Position numbers and translations under genes: made by a program. DNA of 64,000 nucleotides, taken from NCBI GenBank assembly GCA_964291675.2, contig OZ219866.1:3104001-3168000 (forward strand), in the 5' to 3' direction. The DNA comes from Alphaproteobacteria bacterium (GTDB lineage: Bacteria; Pseudomonadota; Alphaproteobacteria; MPNO01). Below, one piece after another: positions 43,322-55,030 of this stretch. The first letter of the stretch is position 1. Every line of letters begins with the position of its first letter. The notes under the pieces are model-generated. The model saw only the letters and a list, made by a program, of their open reading frames with translations, made no database searches and had not been told where the DNA came from.

Positions 43322-44149
43322 ATGGCGCTCAAGAAGTTCAACCCGGTCACCTCCTCGCAGCGCGGGCTGATCCTGGTCGACCGCTCCGAGCTGTGGAAGG
43401 GCCGCCCGGTCAAGAAGCTCACGGAGGGGCTGTCGGCCAAGGGCGGGCGCAACAACGCCGGGCGGATCACCGCGCGCCGGCGCGGCGGCGGGCACAAGCG
43501 GCTGTACCGCAAGATCGACTTCAAGCGGCGCAAGTTCGACGTGCCGGCGCGGGTCGAGCGCATCGAGTACGACCCCAACCGGTCCGCCTTCATCGCGCTG
43601 CTGAAATACGAGGACGGCGAGCAGAGCTACATCGTCGCGCCGCAGCGCCTCGCCGTCGGCGACACGGTGGTCGCCGGCCGGTCGGTCGACGTGAAGCCCG
43701 GCAACGCGATGCCGATGGAGAACATCCCGGTCGGCACCATCATCCACAATATCGAGATGCGGCCCGGCAAGGGCGCGCAGATCGCCCGCGCCGCGGGCAC
43801 CTATGCGCAGCTCGTCGGCAAGGATTCGGGCTATGCGCAGCTCCGCCTGACCTCGGGCGAGGCGCGCATGGTGCCGGCGCGCTGCATGGCGACGATCGGC
43901 GCGGTGTCCAACTCGGACAACCAGAACATCAAGAAGGCGAAGGCGGGGCGCAACCGCTGGCTCGGCAAGCGGCCCTCGGTGCGCGGCGTCGCGATGAACC
44001 CGGTCGACCACCCTCATGGCGGGGGCGAGGGGCGGAGCTCCGGCGGGCGCCACCCGGTGACGCCCTGGGGCGTGCCGACCAAGGGCAAGCGGACGCGCAG
44101 CAAGAAGAAGAGCGACGCGCTCATCATGCGCCGCCGTCACAAGAGATAG
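43322..44149 (+). CDS. rplB: 50S protein L2
   Basis: [23 protein letters not shown]. Confidence 0.98.
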   Translation: MALKKFNPVTSSQRGLILVDRSELWKGRPVKKLTEGLSAKGGRNNAGRITARRRGGGHKRLYRKIDFKRRKFDVPARVERIEYDPNRSAFIALLKYEDGEQSYIVAPQRLAVGDTVVAGRSVDVKPGNAMPMENIPVGTIIHNIEMRPGKGAQIARAAGTYAQLVGKDSGYAQLRLTSGEARMVPARCMATIGAVSNSDNQNIKKAKAGRNRWLGKRPSVRGVAMNPVDHPHGGGEGRSSGGRHPVTPWGVPTKGKRTRSKKKSDALIMRRRHKR

Positions 44150-44161
44150 AGGGGACAGGTT

Positions 44162-44440
44162 GTGTCTCGTTCGGTCTGGAAAGGCCCGTTCGTCGACGGC
44201 TACCTTCTCAAGAAGGCCGAGAAGGTGCGCGACTCCGGGCGCAAGGAGATCATCCGCACGTGGTCGCGGCGCTCGACCATCCTGCCGCAATTCGTCGGCC
44301 TCACCTTCGGCGTCCATAACGGGCACAAATTCCTGCCCGTCCTGGTGACGGAGAACATGGTCGGCCACAAATTCGGCGAGTTCGCGATGACGCGCACCTA
44401 TCACGGCCACGCGGCCGACAAGCGCGCCAGGCGGGGCTGA
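44162..44440 (+). CDS. rpsS: 30S protein S19
   Basis: [18 protein letters not shown]. Confidence 0.98.
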   Translation: MSRSVWKGPFVDGYLLKKAEKVRDSGRKEIIRTWSRRSTILPQFVGLTFGVHNGHKFLPVLVTENMVGHKFGEFAMTRTYHGHAADKRARRG

Positions 44441-44441
44441 G

Positions 44442-44831
44442 ATGGGCAAGCCCAAGGGATTCAGGCGGCTCGGCGAGAACGAGGCGATGGCCTATCTCAA
44501 GGCCATCCATGTCAGCCCGCGCAAGCTGAACCTGCTGGCCCAGATGATCCGCGGCATGGACGCCTCGCGCGCGCTGACCGCGCTCACGTTTTCGCGCCGC
44601 CGGGTCGCGCAGGATGTCCGCAAGGTGCTGCAATCGGCGATCGCCAATGCCGAGAACAACCACCAGCTCGATGTCGACCGGCTGGTCGTCGCCGAGGCCC
44701 ATGTCGGACGCAGCTTCGCGATGAAGCGGTTCCGGGCGCGCGCCCGCGGCCGGGTCGGGCGGCTGGAGAAGCCGTTCAGCAATCTGACGGTGGTGGTGCG
44801 CGAGCGCGAGGAAGACGAGGAAGAAGCCTGA
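44442..44831 (+). CDS. rplV: 50S protein L22
   Basis: [19 protein letters not shown]. Confidence 0.97.
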   Translation: MGKPKGFRRLGENEAMAYLKAIHVSPRKLNLLAQMIRGMDASRALTALTFSRRRVAQDVRKVLQSAIANAENNHQLDVDRLVVAEAHVGRSFAMKRFRARARGRVGRLEKPFSNLTVVVREREEDEEEA

Positions 44832-45508
44832 TGGGTCAGAAGGTCAATCCGGTAGGGCTCAGGGTCGGGATCAACCGCACCTGGGATTCGCGCTGGTACG
44901 CCGATACGCAGTACGGCGACCTGCTGCACGAGGACCTCCGGCTCAGGGACTACCTGTTCAAGCGCCTGTCCCAGGCCGGCGTCAGCCGGGTGGTCATCGA
45001 ACGGCCGGCCAAGAAGGCCAGGGTGACGATCCATTCGGCGCGCCCCGGGGTGGTGATCGGCAAGAAGGGCGCCGATATCGAGAAGCTGCGCCAGGACGTC
45101 TCCCGGATGACCGACTCGGACGTCCACATCAACATCGTCGAGTTCCGCAAGCCCGAGATCGACGCCAAGCTGGTCGCCGAGAACATCGCCCAGCAGCTCG
45201 AACGCCGGGTCGCGTTCCGCCGCGCGATGAAGCGCGCCGTCCAGTCGGCGATGCGCCTCGGCGCCGAGGGCATCCGGATCAATTGCGGCGGGCGGCTCGG
45301 CGGCGCCGAGATCGCGCGCATGGAGTGGTACCGCGAGGGGCGCGTGCCGCTGCACACGCTGCGCGCCAATGTCGATTACGGGATCGCCACGGCGCGGACC
45401 ACCTACGGCACCTGCGGGGTGAAGGTCTGGGTGTTCAAGGGCGAGATCATGGCGCACGACCCGATGGCGCTCGACCGGACCAACCAGGAAATGCAGACCG
45501 CCCGTTAG
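44831..45508 (+). CDS. rpsC: 30S protein S3
   Basis: [25 protein letters not shown]. Confidence 0.98.
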   Translation: MGQKVNPVGLRVGINRTWDSRWYADTQYGDLLHEDLRLRDYLFKRLSQAGVSRVVIERPAKKARVTIHSARPGVVIGKKGADIEKLRQDVSRMTDSDVHINIVEFRKPEIDAKLVAENIAQQLERRVAFRRAMKRAVQSAMRLGAEGIRINCGGRLGGAEIARMEWYREGRVPLHTLRANVDYGIATARTTYGTCGVKVWVFKGEIMAHDPMALDRTNQEMQTAR

Positions 45509-45526
45509 GCGGAGGAATGCGGAGCG

Positions 45527-45946
45527 ATGCTGAGCCCGAAGAGAACCAAGTTCAGGAAGGCCCACAAGGGCCGCATCCACGGCAACGCCAAGGCCGGCAC
45601 GACGCTCAATTTCGGCGCCTACGGGCTGAAGGCGATGGGTCCGGGCCGGGTCACGGCGCGCCAGATCGAGGCCTCCAGGCGGGCGATTACCCGCCACATG
45701 AAGCGCTCGGGCCGGGTGTGGATCCGCATCTTCCCCGACGTTCCGGTCTCCCAGAAACCGGCCGAGGTGCGCCAGGGCAAGGGCAAGGGCTCGCCGGAGT
45801 ACTGGGCCTGCCGGGTCAAGCCGGGCCGCATCATGTTCGAGATCGACGGCGTGCCGGGCGATGTCGCGAGAAGCGCGCTCTCGCTCGCCGCGGCGAAGCT
45901 GCCCATCCCGGTGCGCTTCGTGCAACGCCTGGCCGGAGGCCATTGA
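45527..45946 (+). CDS. rplP: 50S protein L16
   Basis: [20 protein letters not shown]. Confidence 0.98.
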   Translation: MLSPKRTKFRKAHKGRIHGNAKAGTTLNFGAYGLKAMGPGRVTARQIEASRRAITRHMKRSGRVWIRIFPDVPVSQKPAEVRQGKGKGSPEYWACRVKPGRIMFEIDGVPGDVARSALSLAAAKLPIPVRFVQRLAGGH

Positions 45947-45948
45947 CG

Positions 45949-46155
45949 ATGAAGGCCGCGGAAGTCAGGCAGAAGACGCCCGACGAGCTCGCCGAAATGC
46001 TGCGCGGGCTGCGCCGGGAAGCGCTCAATCTCCGCTTCCAGCGCGCCAGCGGGCAGCTCGAGGCGACCTCGCGGGTGCGCGAGGTCAGGCGCGACATCGC
46101 GCGCATCCAGACCATCGTCAACGAGCGCCGCCGCGCGGCCGAAAGGGAGGGCTGA
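45949..46155 (+). CDS. rpmC: 50S protein L29
   Basis: NLRFQ..GQL, RRDIARIQT. Confidence 0.95.
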   Translation: MKAAEVRQKTPDELAEMLRGLRREALNLRFQRASGQLEATSRVREVRRDIARIQTIVNERRRAAEREG

Positions 46156-46158
46156 GCG

Positions 46159-46410
46159 GTGCCGAGACGGGTCCTGCAGGGCGTCGTGATAAGCGACAAG
46201 ATGGACAAGACCGTGGTGGTCAGGGTTGAACGCCGCGTGCGCCACCCGATCTACAAGAAGATCATCCGCCGGTCCGGCAAGTTCTCCGCCCACGACGCCG
46301 AGAACAGGTGCAAGGAAGGCGATGTCGTGCGTATCCGCGAGTGCCGCCCGCTGTCGAAGTCCAAGCGGTGGGAAGTAGTCGACGAGTCCGGCGGTTCCGC
46401 GGCGACGTGA
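46159..46410 (+). CDS. rpsQ: 30S protein S17
   Basis: [19 protein letters not shown]. Confidence 0.97.
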   Translation: MPRRVLQGVVISDKMDKTVVVRVERRVRHPIYKKIIRRSGKFSAHDAENRCKEGDVVRIRECRPLSKSKRWEVVDESGGSAAT

Positions 46411-46417
46411 GGGCGCA

Positions 46418-46786
46418 ATGATTCAGGCCGAAAGCAATCTCGACGTAGCGGACAACTCGGGCGCCCGGCGGGTGCAGTGCATCCGCATCCTGGGCGGGTC
46501 GAGGCGCCGCTGGGCGTCGGTCGGCGACGTGATCGTGGTCTCGGTCAAGGAGGCGATCCCGCGCGGACGGGTGAAGAAGGGCGATATCCACAAGGCGGTG
46601 GTGGTCCGCACCGCCAAGGAAATCCGCCGGCCCGACGGCACCGCCATCCGGTTCGACCGCAACGCGGCGGTGCTGATCAACCCGGCCGGCGAGCCGATCG
46701 GGACCCGCATTTTCGGCCCGGTCACCCGCGAGCTGCGCGCCAAGCAGTACATGAAGATCATCTCGCTCGCGCCGGAGGTGCTGTGA
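46418..46786 (+). CDS. rplN: 50S protein L14
   Basis: [15 protein letters not shown]. Confidence 0.98.
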   Translation: MIQAESNLDVADNSGARRVQCIRILGGSRRRWASVGDVIVVSVKEAIPRGRVKKGDIHKAVVVRTAKEIRRPDGTAIRFDRNAAVLINPAGEPIGTRIFGPVTRELRAKQYMKIISLAPEVL

Positions 46787-46787
46787 C

Positions 46788-47129
46788 ATGGGACGCCGGG
46801 CGAACAAGGGCGGCGGCATCAAGCGGATCCGCAAGGGCGACAACGTCATCGTGCTGACCGGGCGCGACAAGGGAAAGCGGGGCAGCGTGCTCAAGTCGAT
46901 GCCGAAGGAAGGGCGGCTGATCGTCCAGGGCGTCAACGTGGTCAAGCGCCACACCCGCCCCTCGCAGACCCAGGCCGGCGGCATCGTCCAGAAGGAGGCG
47001 CCGATCCATGTCTCCAACGTGGCGCTGCTCGACCCGGCCTCCGACAGGCCCACGCGCGTCGGCTTCCGGCTGCTGGAGGACGGCCGCAAGGTCCGCTACG
47101 CCAAGGCGTCCGGCGAGTTGATCGACTAG
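46788..47129 (+). CDS. rplX: 50S protein L24
   Basis: [23 protein letters not shown]. Confidence 0.97.
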   Translation: MGRRANKGGGIKRIRKGDNVIVLTGRDKGKRGSVLKSMPKEGRLIVQGVNVVKRHTRPSQTQAGGIVQKEAPIHVSNVALLDPASDRPTRVGFRLLEDGRKVRYAKASGELID

Positions 47130-47140
47130 GGACGGAAACC

Positions 47141-47683
47141 ATGTCTGCCCGCCTTCAGGAACACTATCGAGAGGTCGTCCGGCCGGCGCTGCTGGAGGAG
47201 TTCGGCTACGCCAACCCCATGCAGGTGCCGAGGCTGGACAAGGTCGTTCTCAACATGGGGGTCGGCGAGGCGGTCGGCGATTCGAAGAAGATCGACGCGG
47301 CGGCCCGCGAGATGGCCCTCATCGCCGGCCAGAAGCCGATCGTCATCCGCGCCCGCAGATCCGTCGCCCAGTTCAAGCTGCGCGAGGGCATGCCCGTGGG
47401 CGTCAAGGTCACGCTGAGGCGGACGATGATGTACGAGTTTCTCGACCGGCTGATCACCATCGCGCTGCCCAGGGTGCGCGACTTCCGCGGCCTGTCGCCG
47501 GCGAGCTTCGACGGCAGCGGCAACTATGCGCTGGGGCTGCAGGAACAGATCGTCTTCCCCGAGATCGACTACGACTCGGTGGACCAGATGCGCGGCATGG
47601 ATGTCGTCGTCGTCACCACCGCGAAGACCGACGACGAGGCGAGATCGCTGCTCAGGGGATTCCAATTTCCCTTCGTGAACTGA
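47141..47683 (+). CDS. rplE: 50S protein L5
   Basis: [21 protein letters not shown]. Confidence 0.98.
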   Translation: MSARLQEHYREVVRPALLEEFGYANPMQVPRLDKVVLNMGVGEAVGDSKKIDAAAREMALIAGQKPIVIRARRSVAQFKLREGMPVGVKVTLRRTMMYEFLDRLITIALPRVRDFRGLSPASFDGSGNYALGLQEQIVFPEIDYDSVDQMRGMDVVVVTTAKTDDEARSLLRGFQFPFVN

Positions 47684-47705
47684 TGCAAGGACCGGGAACG
47701 ATCGG

Positions 47706-48011
47706 ATGGCGAAAAAGAGCGCCGTAGAGAGAAACAGGAAGCGCCAACGGCTGGCCGCCCGCGACAGCGCCAAGCGCGCGGCGTTGAAGGAGATCGCGAA
47801 CGACCGCGACCTGCCGATGGAGGAGCGGTTCAGCGCCCGTCTCAGGCTCGCCAAGATGCCGCGCAACGGTGCAGCGGTGCGCGTGCGCAACCGCTGCGAG
47901 CTCAGCGGACGGCCGCGCGGCTATTACCGCAAGTTCCGCATCTCGCGGATCGCGCTGCGCGAACTCGCGGCCTTCGGGTTGATCCCCGGCATGGTGAAGT
48001 CGAGCTGGTAA
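47706..48011 (+). CDS. rpsN: 30S protein S14 (long, zinc-free type)
   Basis: MAKKS, RNRC..SGRPRG, KSSW. Confidence 0.97.
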   Translation: MAKKSAVERNRKRQRLAARDSAKRAALKEIANDRDLPMEERFSARLRLAKMPRNGAAVRVRNRCELSGRPRGYYRKFRISRIALRELAAFGLIPGMVKSSW

Positions 48012-48023
48012 GGAGTCGCGACG

Positions 48024-48422
48024 ATGACGATGAGCGACCCTCTCGGCGATATGCTGACGCGCATCCGCAACGGCCAGCGGGCGCACAAGTCGGCGATCGA
48101 CGCGCCCTCTTCCCGGCTGCGCGCCAACGTGCTCGACGTGCTCCAGCGCGAGGGCTATATCCGGGGCTACAGCGAGAGCGAGCTGCGCAAGGGCATTGCC
48201 GAGCTCCGCATCGAGCTCAAATACCACGACGGAGAGCCGGTGATCCGCGAGATCCATCGGATCTCCAAGCCCGGGCGGCGGGTCTATTCCAAGATCAGGG
48301 ATCTCGCGCCGGTCTATAACGGGCTCGGCATCTCGATCCTGTCCACCCCGCAGGGGGTGATGTCTGACAGCGAGGCGCGCGCCGCCAATGTCGGCGGCGA
48401 AGTCCTCTGCATGGTGTTCTAG
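48024..48422 (+). CDS. rpsH: 30S protein S8
   Basis: [20 protein letters not shown]. Confidence 0.98.
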   Translation: MTMSDPLGDMLTRIRNGQRAHKSAIDAPSSRLRANVLDVLQREGYIRGYSESELRKGIAELRIELKYHDGEPVIREIHRISKPGRRVYSKIRDLAPVYNGLGISILSTPQGVMSDSEARAANVGGEVLCMVF

Positions 48423-48430
48423 GAGGCGTC

Positions 48431-48964
48431 ATGTCGCGCGTGGGACAAATGCCGGTCACGCTGCCCGAGGGCGTCGAGGTGGCGATCGCCGGGCGCGAGG
48501 TCAGCGCCAGGGGCAAGCTCGGCGCGCTGTCGATGACGCTGTCGGACCAGGTCGAGCTGACACGGGAAGACGACAGGCTGACGGTGGCGCCGCGCGGCGA
48601 GACCAAGCGCGCCCGTTCGATGTGGGGAACCACGCGGAGCCTGTTGCAGAACATCGTCACCGGGGTCAGCGAAGGCTTCCGGGTCGAGCTCGCGATCAAC
48701 GGCGTCGGCTACCGCGCCGCCGTGGACGGCGAGGAGCTGGTCCTCCAGCTCGGCTACAGCCACGAGATCAGGCACCCGATCCCCGAGGGGATCGCGATCG
48801 CCTGCGAGCGGCCGACCCATATCGCGGTCTCCGGCATCGACCGCCAGCAGGTCGGCCAGGTGGCGGCCGAGATCCGCGCCTATCGCAAGCCGGAGCCGTA
48901 CAAGGGCAAGGGCATTCGCTATGCGGACGAGATCGTCGTCCGCAAGGAAGGCAAGAAGAAGTAG
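48431..48964 (+). CDS. rplF: 50S protein L6
   Basis: GVGYRA, PEPYKGKG. Confidence 0.98.
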   Translation: MSRVGQMPVTLPEGVEVAIAGREVSARGKLGALSMTLSDQVELTREDDRLTVAPRGETKRARSMWGTTRSLLQNIVTGVSEGFRVELAINGVGYRAAVDGEELVLQLGYSHEIRHPIPEGIAIACERPTHIAVSGIDRQQVGQVAAEIRAYRKPEPYKGKGIRYADEIVVRKEGKKK

Positions 48965-48967
48965 GTG

Positions 48968-49330
48968 ATGGCAAACCCGTCCGAACTCGCCGTCAGGCGC
49001 CGCGCCAGGGTGCGCCGCCGGCTCAGGCGCCGCAACACCGACCGGCCGAGGCTGTCGGTGTTCCGGTCGAACAAGAACATTTCCGCCCAGGTGATCGACG
49101 ATCGCGCCGGGCGCACGCTGGCGTCCGCCTCCAGCCTGGAAAAGGAGCTGCGCTCGGGCCTCAAGTCGGGCGCCGACAAGGAGGCGGCGGCGCGGGTCGG
49201 CAAGCTGGTCGCCGAGCGCGCGCTGGCCAGCGGGGTCACGGAAGTTGTCTTCGACCGCGGCTCCTACCTGTATCATGGCCGGGTCAAGGCCCTGGCCGAA
49301 GCGGCCCGCGAGAGCGGTCTCGCGTTCTGA
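48968..49330 (+). CDS. rplR: 50S protein L18
   Basis: [18 protein letters not shown]. Confidence 0.97.
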   Translation: MANPSELAVRRRARVRRRLRRRNTDRPRLSVFRSNKNISAQVIDDRAGRTLASASSLEKELRSGLKSGADKEAAARVGKLVAERALASGVTEVVFDRGSYLYHGRVKALAEAARESGLAF

Positions 49331-49340
49331 GGATTTGCAG

Positions 49341-49931
49341 ATGGCAAGAGGTCCACGATCCGAGCGCGGCGGCCGCCGGTCCGACGATTCCGAGCAGAGC
49401 GAGCTCGTCGACAAGCTGGTCAGCATCAACCGCGTCGCCAAGGTGGTGAAGGGCGGGCGGCGGTTCGGCTTCGCCGCGCTGGTGGTGGTCGGCGACGCCA
49501 AGGGGCGCGTCGGCTACGGCAGCGGCAAGGCGCGCGAGGTGCCCGAAGCGATCCGCAAGGCGACCGAGCAGGCCAAGCGCAAGCTGATCCGCGTGCCGCT
49601 GCGCGAGGGGCGCACGCTGCACCACGACATCGTCGGGCATTTCGGCGCCGGGCGGGTGGTGCTGCGCGCCGCGCCGCCGGGCACGGGGATCATCGCCGGC
49701 GGGCCGATGCGCGCGGTGTTCGAGACCCTCGGCGTGCATGACGTGGTCGCCAAGTCGATCGGCACCGCCAACCCTTACAACATGGTCAAGGCGACCTTCG
49801 ACGGGCTGTCGCGGCTGAACTCGCCGCGCGCGGTGGCAGCCAGGCGCGGCAAGAAGATCGGCGACATCATCGGCCGCCGCGCGGGCGAGGACGGGCGCGG
49901 CCAGGCGGCGGGAGCGGAGGCCAATGGCTAA
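49341..49931 (+). CDS. rpsE: 30S protein S5
   Basis: [21 protein letters not shown]. Confidence 0.97.
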   Translation: MARGPRSERGGRRSDDSEQSELVDKLVSINRVAKVVKGGRRFGFAALVVVGDAKGRVGYGSGKAREVPEAIRKATEQAKRKLIRVPLREGRTLHHDIVGHFGAGRVVLRAAPPGTGIIAGGPMRAVFETLGVHDVVAKSIGTANPYNMVKATFDGLSRLNSPRAVAARRGKKIGDIIGRRAGEDGRGQAAGAEANG

Positions 49932-50115
49932 GCCCAAGACCGTCACCGTGACCCAGATCAAGAGCCCGATCGGCCGACCCAAGGACCAGCGCGCCACGCT
50001 GATCGGGCTTGGGCTCAACAAGCTGCATCGCAGCCGGGAGCTGGAGGATACGCCCGCGATACGCGGCATGATCCGCAAGGTCTCGCACCTGGTCTCCGTG
50101 CAGGAAGCGGACTAG
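49924..50115 (+). CDS. rpmD: 50S protein L30
   Basis: SPIGR, LGL.K, IRGMI.KV. Confidence 0.96.
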   Translation: MAKPKTVTVTQIKSPIGRPKDQRATLIGLGLNKLHRSRELEDTPAIRGMIRKVSHLVSVQEAD

Positions 50116-50136
50116 GGCAAGGCCGGGAGCGATTCG

Positions 50137-50649
50137 ATGAGGCTGAACGAACTCCGCGACAATGCCGGCGCCAGACGGCCGCGCAAGCGCATCGGCCGCG
50201 GCGTCGGCTCGGGCAAGGGCAAGACCTCCGGCAGGGGCCAGAAGGGCCAGAAGTCGCGCAGCGGCGTCTCCCTGCTGGGCTTCGAGGGCGGCCAGATGCC
50301 GCTCTACCGGCGCCTGCCCAAGCGCGGCTTCCACAACCCGTTCCGCAAGCGTTACCGGGTGGTCAATCTCGGCCGGTTGCAGGCGGCGATCGACGCCGGC
50401 CGGCTCGACCCCGGACAGCCGATCGACGAAGCGGCGCTGCTCGCCGCGGGTCTGGTAAAATCGCGCCGCGACGGCATCCGCGTCCTGGCCAAGGGCGAGA
50501 TCACGGCGAGCGTGACCCTCGCGGTTTCGGGAGCGTCGAAGGCGGCGGTCGCGGCGGTGGAGAAGGCCGGGGGCAGCGTCTCGGTCGGCGCCGCTTCGCC
50601 CGCCGGGGCCGGGGCATCGGACGGGGACGGCGCAGGGTCGGGAGACTAG
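50137..50649 (+). CDS. rplO: 50S protein L15
   Basis: [28 protein letters not shown]. Confidence 0.97.
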   Translation: MRLNELRDNAGARRPRKRIGRGVGSGKGKTSGRGQKGQKSRSGVSLLGFEGGQMPLYRRLPKRGFHNPFRKRYRVVNLGRLQAAIDAGRLDPGQPIDEAALLAAGLVKSRRDGIRVLAKGEITASVTLAVSGASKAAVAAVEKAGGSVSVGAASPAGAGASDGDGAGSGD

Positions 50650-50652
50650 CCC

Positions 50653-51992
<1,340 letters not shown>

Positions 51993-51996
<4 letters not shown>

Positions 51997-52649
51997 ACCT
52001 GATCATGCTGGGGCCCCCGGGCTCCGGCAAGGGCACCCAGGCGATTCGCCTCCAGGAATCGAGCGGGCTGGTCCAGCTGTCCACCGGCGAGATGCTGCGC
52101 GCGGCGGTGGCCTCGGGCAGCGAGACCGGCAAGCTCGTCGGCGCGATCATGGAGGCCGGCAGGCTGGTCCCCGACGACTTGATGGTGTCGATGATCGACC
52201 GGCGGATCGACGAGCCCGATTGCGCCGGCGGGTTCATCCTGGACGGCTTTCCGCGCACCGTCGCCCAGGCCGAGGCGCTCGACGGGATGCTCGCCCGCAA
52301 GGCCAGGCGGCTCGACGCGGTGATCGAGATCGCGGTCCCCGACGGCGCCCTGGTCGAGCGCATCGCCGGGCGGTTCTCCTGCGCCGATTGCGGGGCCGGC
52401 TATCACCGGCGCTTCCGGCCGACCGCCGTCGAGGGGGTGTGCGACCGCTGCGGCGGCACCCGGTTCACGCACCGCCCCGACGACAACGAGGCGACGGTGA
52501 AGACGCGTCTTGCCGCCTACCACGCCCAGACCGAGCCGCTGCTGCCCTACTACCGGACCCGCGGCGTTCTCAGGAGCGTCGACGGCATGGCGGGCATCGA
52601 CGCGGTGACCGCCGAGATCCGGGCCGCCCTCGGCGCGTCGGCCGCCTGA
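51993..52649 (+). CDS. adk: adenylate kinase (zinc-lid type)
   Basis: [27 protein letters not shown] lid; ATG overlaps secY stop. Confidence 0.97.
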
Positions 52650-52678
52650 TTGACCCTTGTCCGGGCCGGGGCTAGGCT
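52650..52678 (+). promoter_or_regulatory. sigma70-type promoter directly after adk
   Basis: TTGACC-N17-TAGGCT. Confidence 0.5.
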
Positions 52679-52752
52679 CCGCGCAATTCCCCCGGCCGCC
52701 CGACCCGATGCCCCGATTTGTCGAGCGGCGGCGCTACAGGAGGAGTCCCGAC

Positions 52753-53883
52753 ATGGCGCAGAAGAAGGCCGTCTTCATCGACCGCAGCGGGTACACGACG
52801 CCCGAGCTCGATCTCTGGGAGCCGGTGGTGATCACCAGGGAGGAGATCGACGGCGAGGTCGAGCGGCTGGCCAGCCTGGCGCGGCCGGCCAACGGCCGGC
52901 GCCACTCGATCGTCGCCCATCCCGACTGGCAGGCGCTCGGCGTCGGTCCCGGCCTGCAGCCCGGGGTGCGCGTCACGCTGGAGGTGCTGAAGCCCGGCGA
53001 GCAGTCGGCGCCGATCCGCCACAACTCGACCCAGGTGAATTTCTGCATCGGCGGCGGCGGGTACTCGATCGTCGACGGCAAGCGCATCCCGTTTGCGCTC
53101 TACGACGTGTGGAACTTCCCGTCGATGGCGACCTACTGGCACGTCAACGATTCCGACGACGTGCAAGTTCGGCTCTCCTACTCCAACGCGCCGCTCTTGG
53201 AGAAGATGAACGTCCACATCGTCGACGAGGAGCCGCCGCCGCCGATCGAGGCGGTCGGCGGCGGCGCGCAAGCCGAGGCCGAGGCGCCGCCCGATGCGCG
53301 CGACGTCAACCCCTACGGCACCTTCCAGCTCACCGGGGACGGCGCCTGGCTGATGCCCTACGAGACGCTGATCAACCCCGAGGCGCTCGATTCGCCCGCG
53401 CTGCACTGGCCGTGGCAGGACGTGAAGCGCGAGCTCGACAAGCTCCAGGCCCTCGGCAAGGAGTATCGCGGCCGGCGGCTCTACCTGCTGTTCAACCCGA
53501 TGACCGGGCGGTTCAACGGCACCACGCCGAGCTTCTTCGCCACCATGACGGTGCGCCCGCCGAAGATCGTCGACCGGCCGCACCGCCATGTCTCGGCGGC
53601 GATCAACTACTATTTCTCGGGCAGCGGCCGGTCCACCGTCGAGGGCAAGGTCTATGAGTGGAAGGCGGGCGATCTGATGCTGTCGGCGCCGGGCTGGGCG
53701 GTGCACAACCACGCCTCCTACGACGAGGCGGTCTACGAGCTGACCGTCCAGGACCAGCCGCTCAACATCGTCATGGAATCGCTCCTCTGGCAGGAGGACC
53801 TCAAGCATCCGTGGTCGGTGCTCGGCGCCAATGTCGGCTTCGAGACCAACAAGGAGCAGGTCAGGGCGGCGCTCGGCGAATAG
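52753..53883 (+). CDS. bicupin, gentisate 1,2-dioxygenase-like
   Basis: AGGAG RBS; two cupin repeats (LKPGE..IRHN / PHRHVS..Y..SGSG.STVEG..W..GD..PGW..HNH). Confidence 0.75.
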   Translation: MAQKKAVFIDRSGYTTPELDLWEPVVITREEIDGEVERLASLARPANGRRHSIVAHPDWQALGVGPGLQPGVRVTLEVLKPGEQSAPIRHNSTQVNFCIGGGGYSIVDGKRIPFALYDVWNFPSMATYWHVNDSDDVQVRLSYSNAPLLEKMNVHIVDEEPPPPIEAVGGGAQAEAEAPPDARDVNPYGTFQLTGDGAWLMPYETLINPEALDSPALHWPWQDVKRELDKLQALGKEYRGRRLYLLFNPMTGRFNGTTPSFFATMTVRPPKIVDRPHRHVSAAINYYFSGSGRSTVEGKVYEWKAGDLMLSAPGWAVHNHASYDEAVYELTVQDQPLNIVMESLLWQEDLKHPWSVLGANVGFETNKEQVRAALGE

Positions 53884-53887
53884 CGCC

Positions 53888-54787
53888 ATGATGGACCTGC
53901 CGGAGGACTTCCTGCGCGGCTCGATACCGCCGCTGATCACCCCGTTCCGCGACGGCGCCGTCGACTACGCGGCCTATGCCGGGATGGTCGAGTTCCAGAT
54001 CCGCGAGGGCTCGCACGGCATCCTGGTCAACGGCACCACGTCGGAGCCCGCGACGCTCACGGTCGCCGAACGCAACCGGGCCGTCGACGTGGCGGTCGAG
54101 GCGGCCGCGGGAAGGGTGCCGGTCGTCGCCGCCACCGGGTCGCAATCCTTCGCCGATGCCGAGGCGCTGACCCTGCATGCCGACAAGGCGGGGGCCGACG
54201 CGCTGCTGATCGTCACCCCCTATTTCATCCGCCCGCCGCAGCGCGGGCTCGCCGCCTACTACCTGGAGCTCGCCACGCGCACCGAACTGCCCTGGATGAT
54301 CTACCACATCCCCGGCCGGGCGGCGGTGAGCGTGACCCTGGAGACGCTGTGCGAGATCGCCGACAAGGCGCCCAACTTCGTCGGCATGAAGCACGCCGTC
54401 GACGATCTCGGCTTCGTCAGCCGCTGCCTCGCCCGGCTCGGCATGGATTTCCGCATCTTCGTCGGGCTGGAGGACCTCAGCTACCCGATGATGGCGGTCG
54501 GCGCCTGCGGGCTGATGAACGCGGTCGGCAATCTGCGCCCGGCGCGGCTGGCGGCGATGTGCGAGGCGGTCTGGGAGGGCGACCTCAAAAAGGCGCGGGA
54601 CATCCACTACGCGCTGTTCGAGATCAACCAGGCGGTGTTCTACGACACCAACCCGATCCCCATCAAATACATGATGAAGCGGGTCGGGCTGATCCCGGAG
54701 AACGCGCACCGCCTGCCGATGGTCCCGGCGCTGCCCGAGCTCGAACGACGCCTCGACGGCGTGCTGGAGCGGGCGGGGATGGTGTAG
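53888..54787 (+). CDS. DapA/NAL-family class I aldolase (probably catabolic)
   Basis: GSIPPLITPF, NGTTSE, YHIPGR, Schiff-base Lys in GMKH, TNPIPIK. Confidence 0.82.
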   Translation: MMDLPEDFLRGSIPPLITPFRDGAVDYAAYAGMVEFQIREGSHGILVNGTTSEPATLTVAERNRAVDVAVEAAAGRVPVVAATGSQSFADAEALTLHADKAGADALLIVTPYFIRPPQRGLAAYYLELATRTELPWMIYHIPGRAAVSVTLETLCEIADKAPNFVGMKHAVDDLGFVSRCLARLGMDFRIFVGLEDLSYPMMAVGACGLMNAVGNLRPARLAAMCEAVWEGDLKKARDIHYALFEINQAVFYDTNPIPIKYMMKRVGLIPENAHRLPMVPALPELERRLDGVLERAGMV

Positions 54788-54796
54788 CGCTCGCGC

Positions 54797-54855
54797 TCAT
54801 CGCCGGCCCTGCGGCTCCATGGCGGCGGCGGATTTCGCCAGACGGACGAGGCCGA
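54797..54855 (-). repeat. duplicate of the vWA gene 3' end (other copy 56257-56315)
   Basis: 59-nt direct repeat with 5 mismatches; both encode GLVRLAKSAAAMEPQGRR-stop. Confidence 0.9.
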
Positions 54856-55030
54856 GCCGCTCCCCGCCCCGAATGCGCCACAGCCTCGTCGCACCTCGCC
54901 CCCCGCGCCCCTCGACCCGCACCGTCTGCCTGACACGGGTTGACGGTTGCCCGCTCCAATTCAAGCCACCCAACCGAAACCTGTCTGTTCGCGAACCGAT
55001 TTCAACCCTACGGATACCTCCGGAGCAGGG

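Noticed and set aside
53888-54787. Naming the aldolase dapA
   Set aside because: Motif deviations and catabolic context; left without a gene symbol
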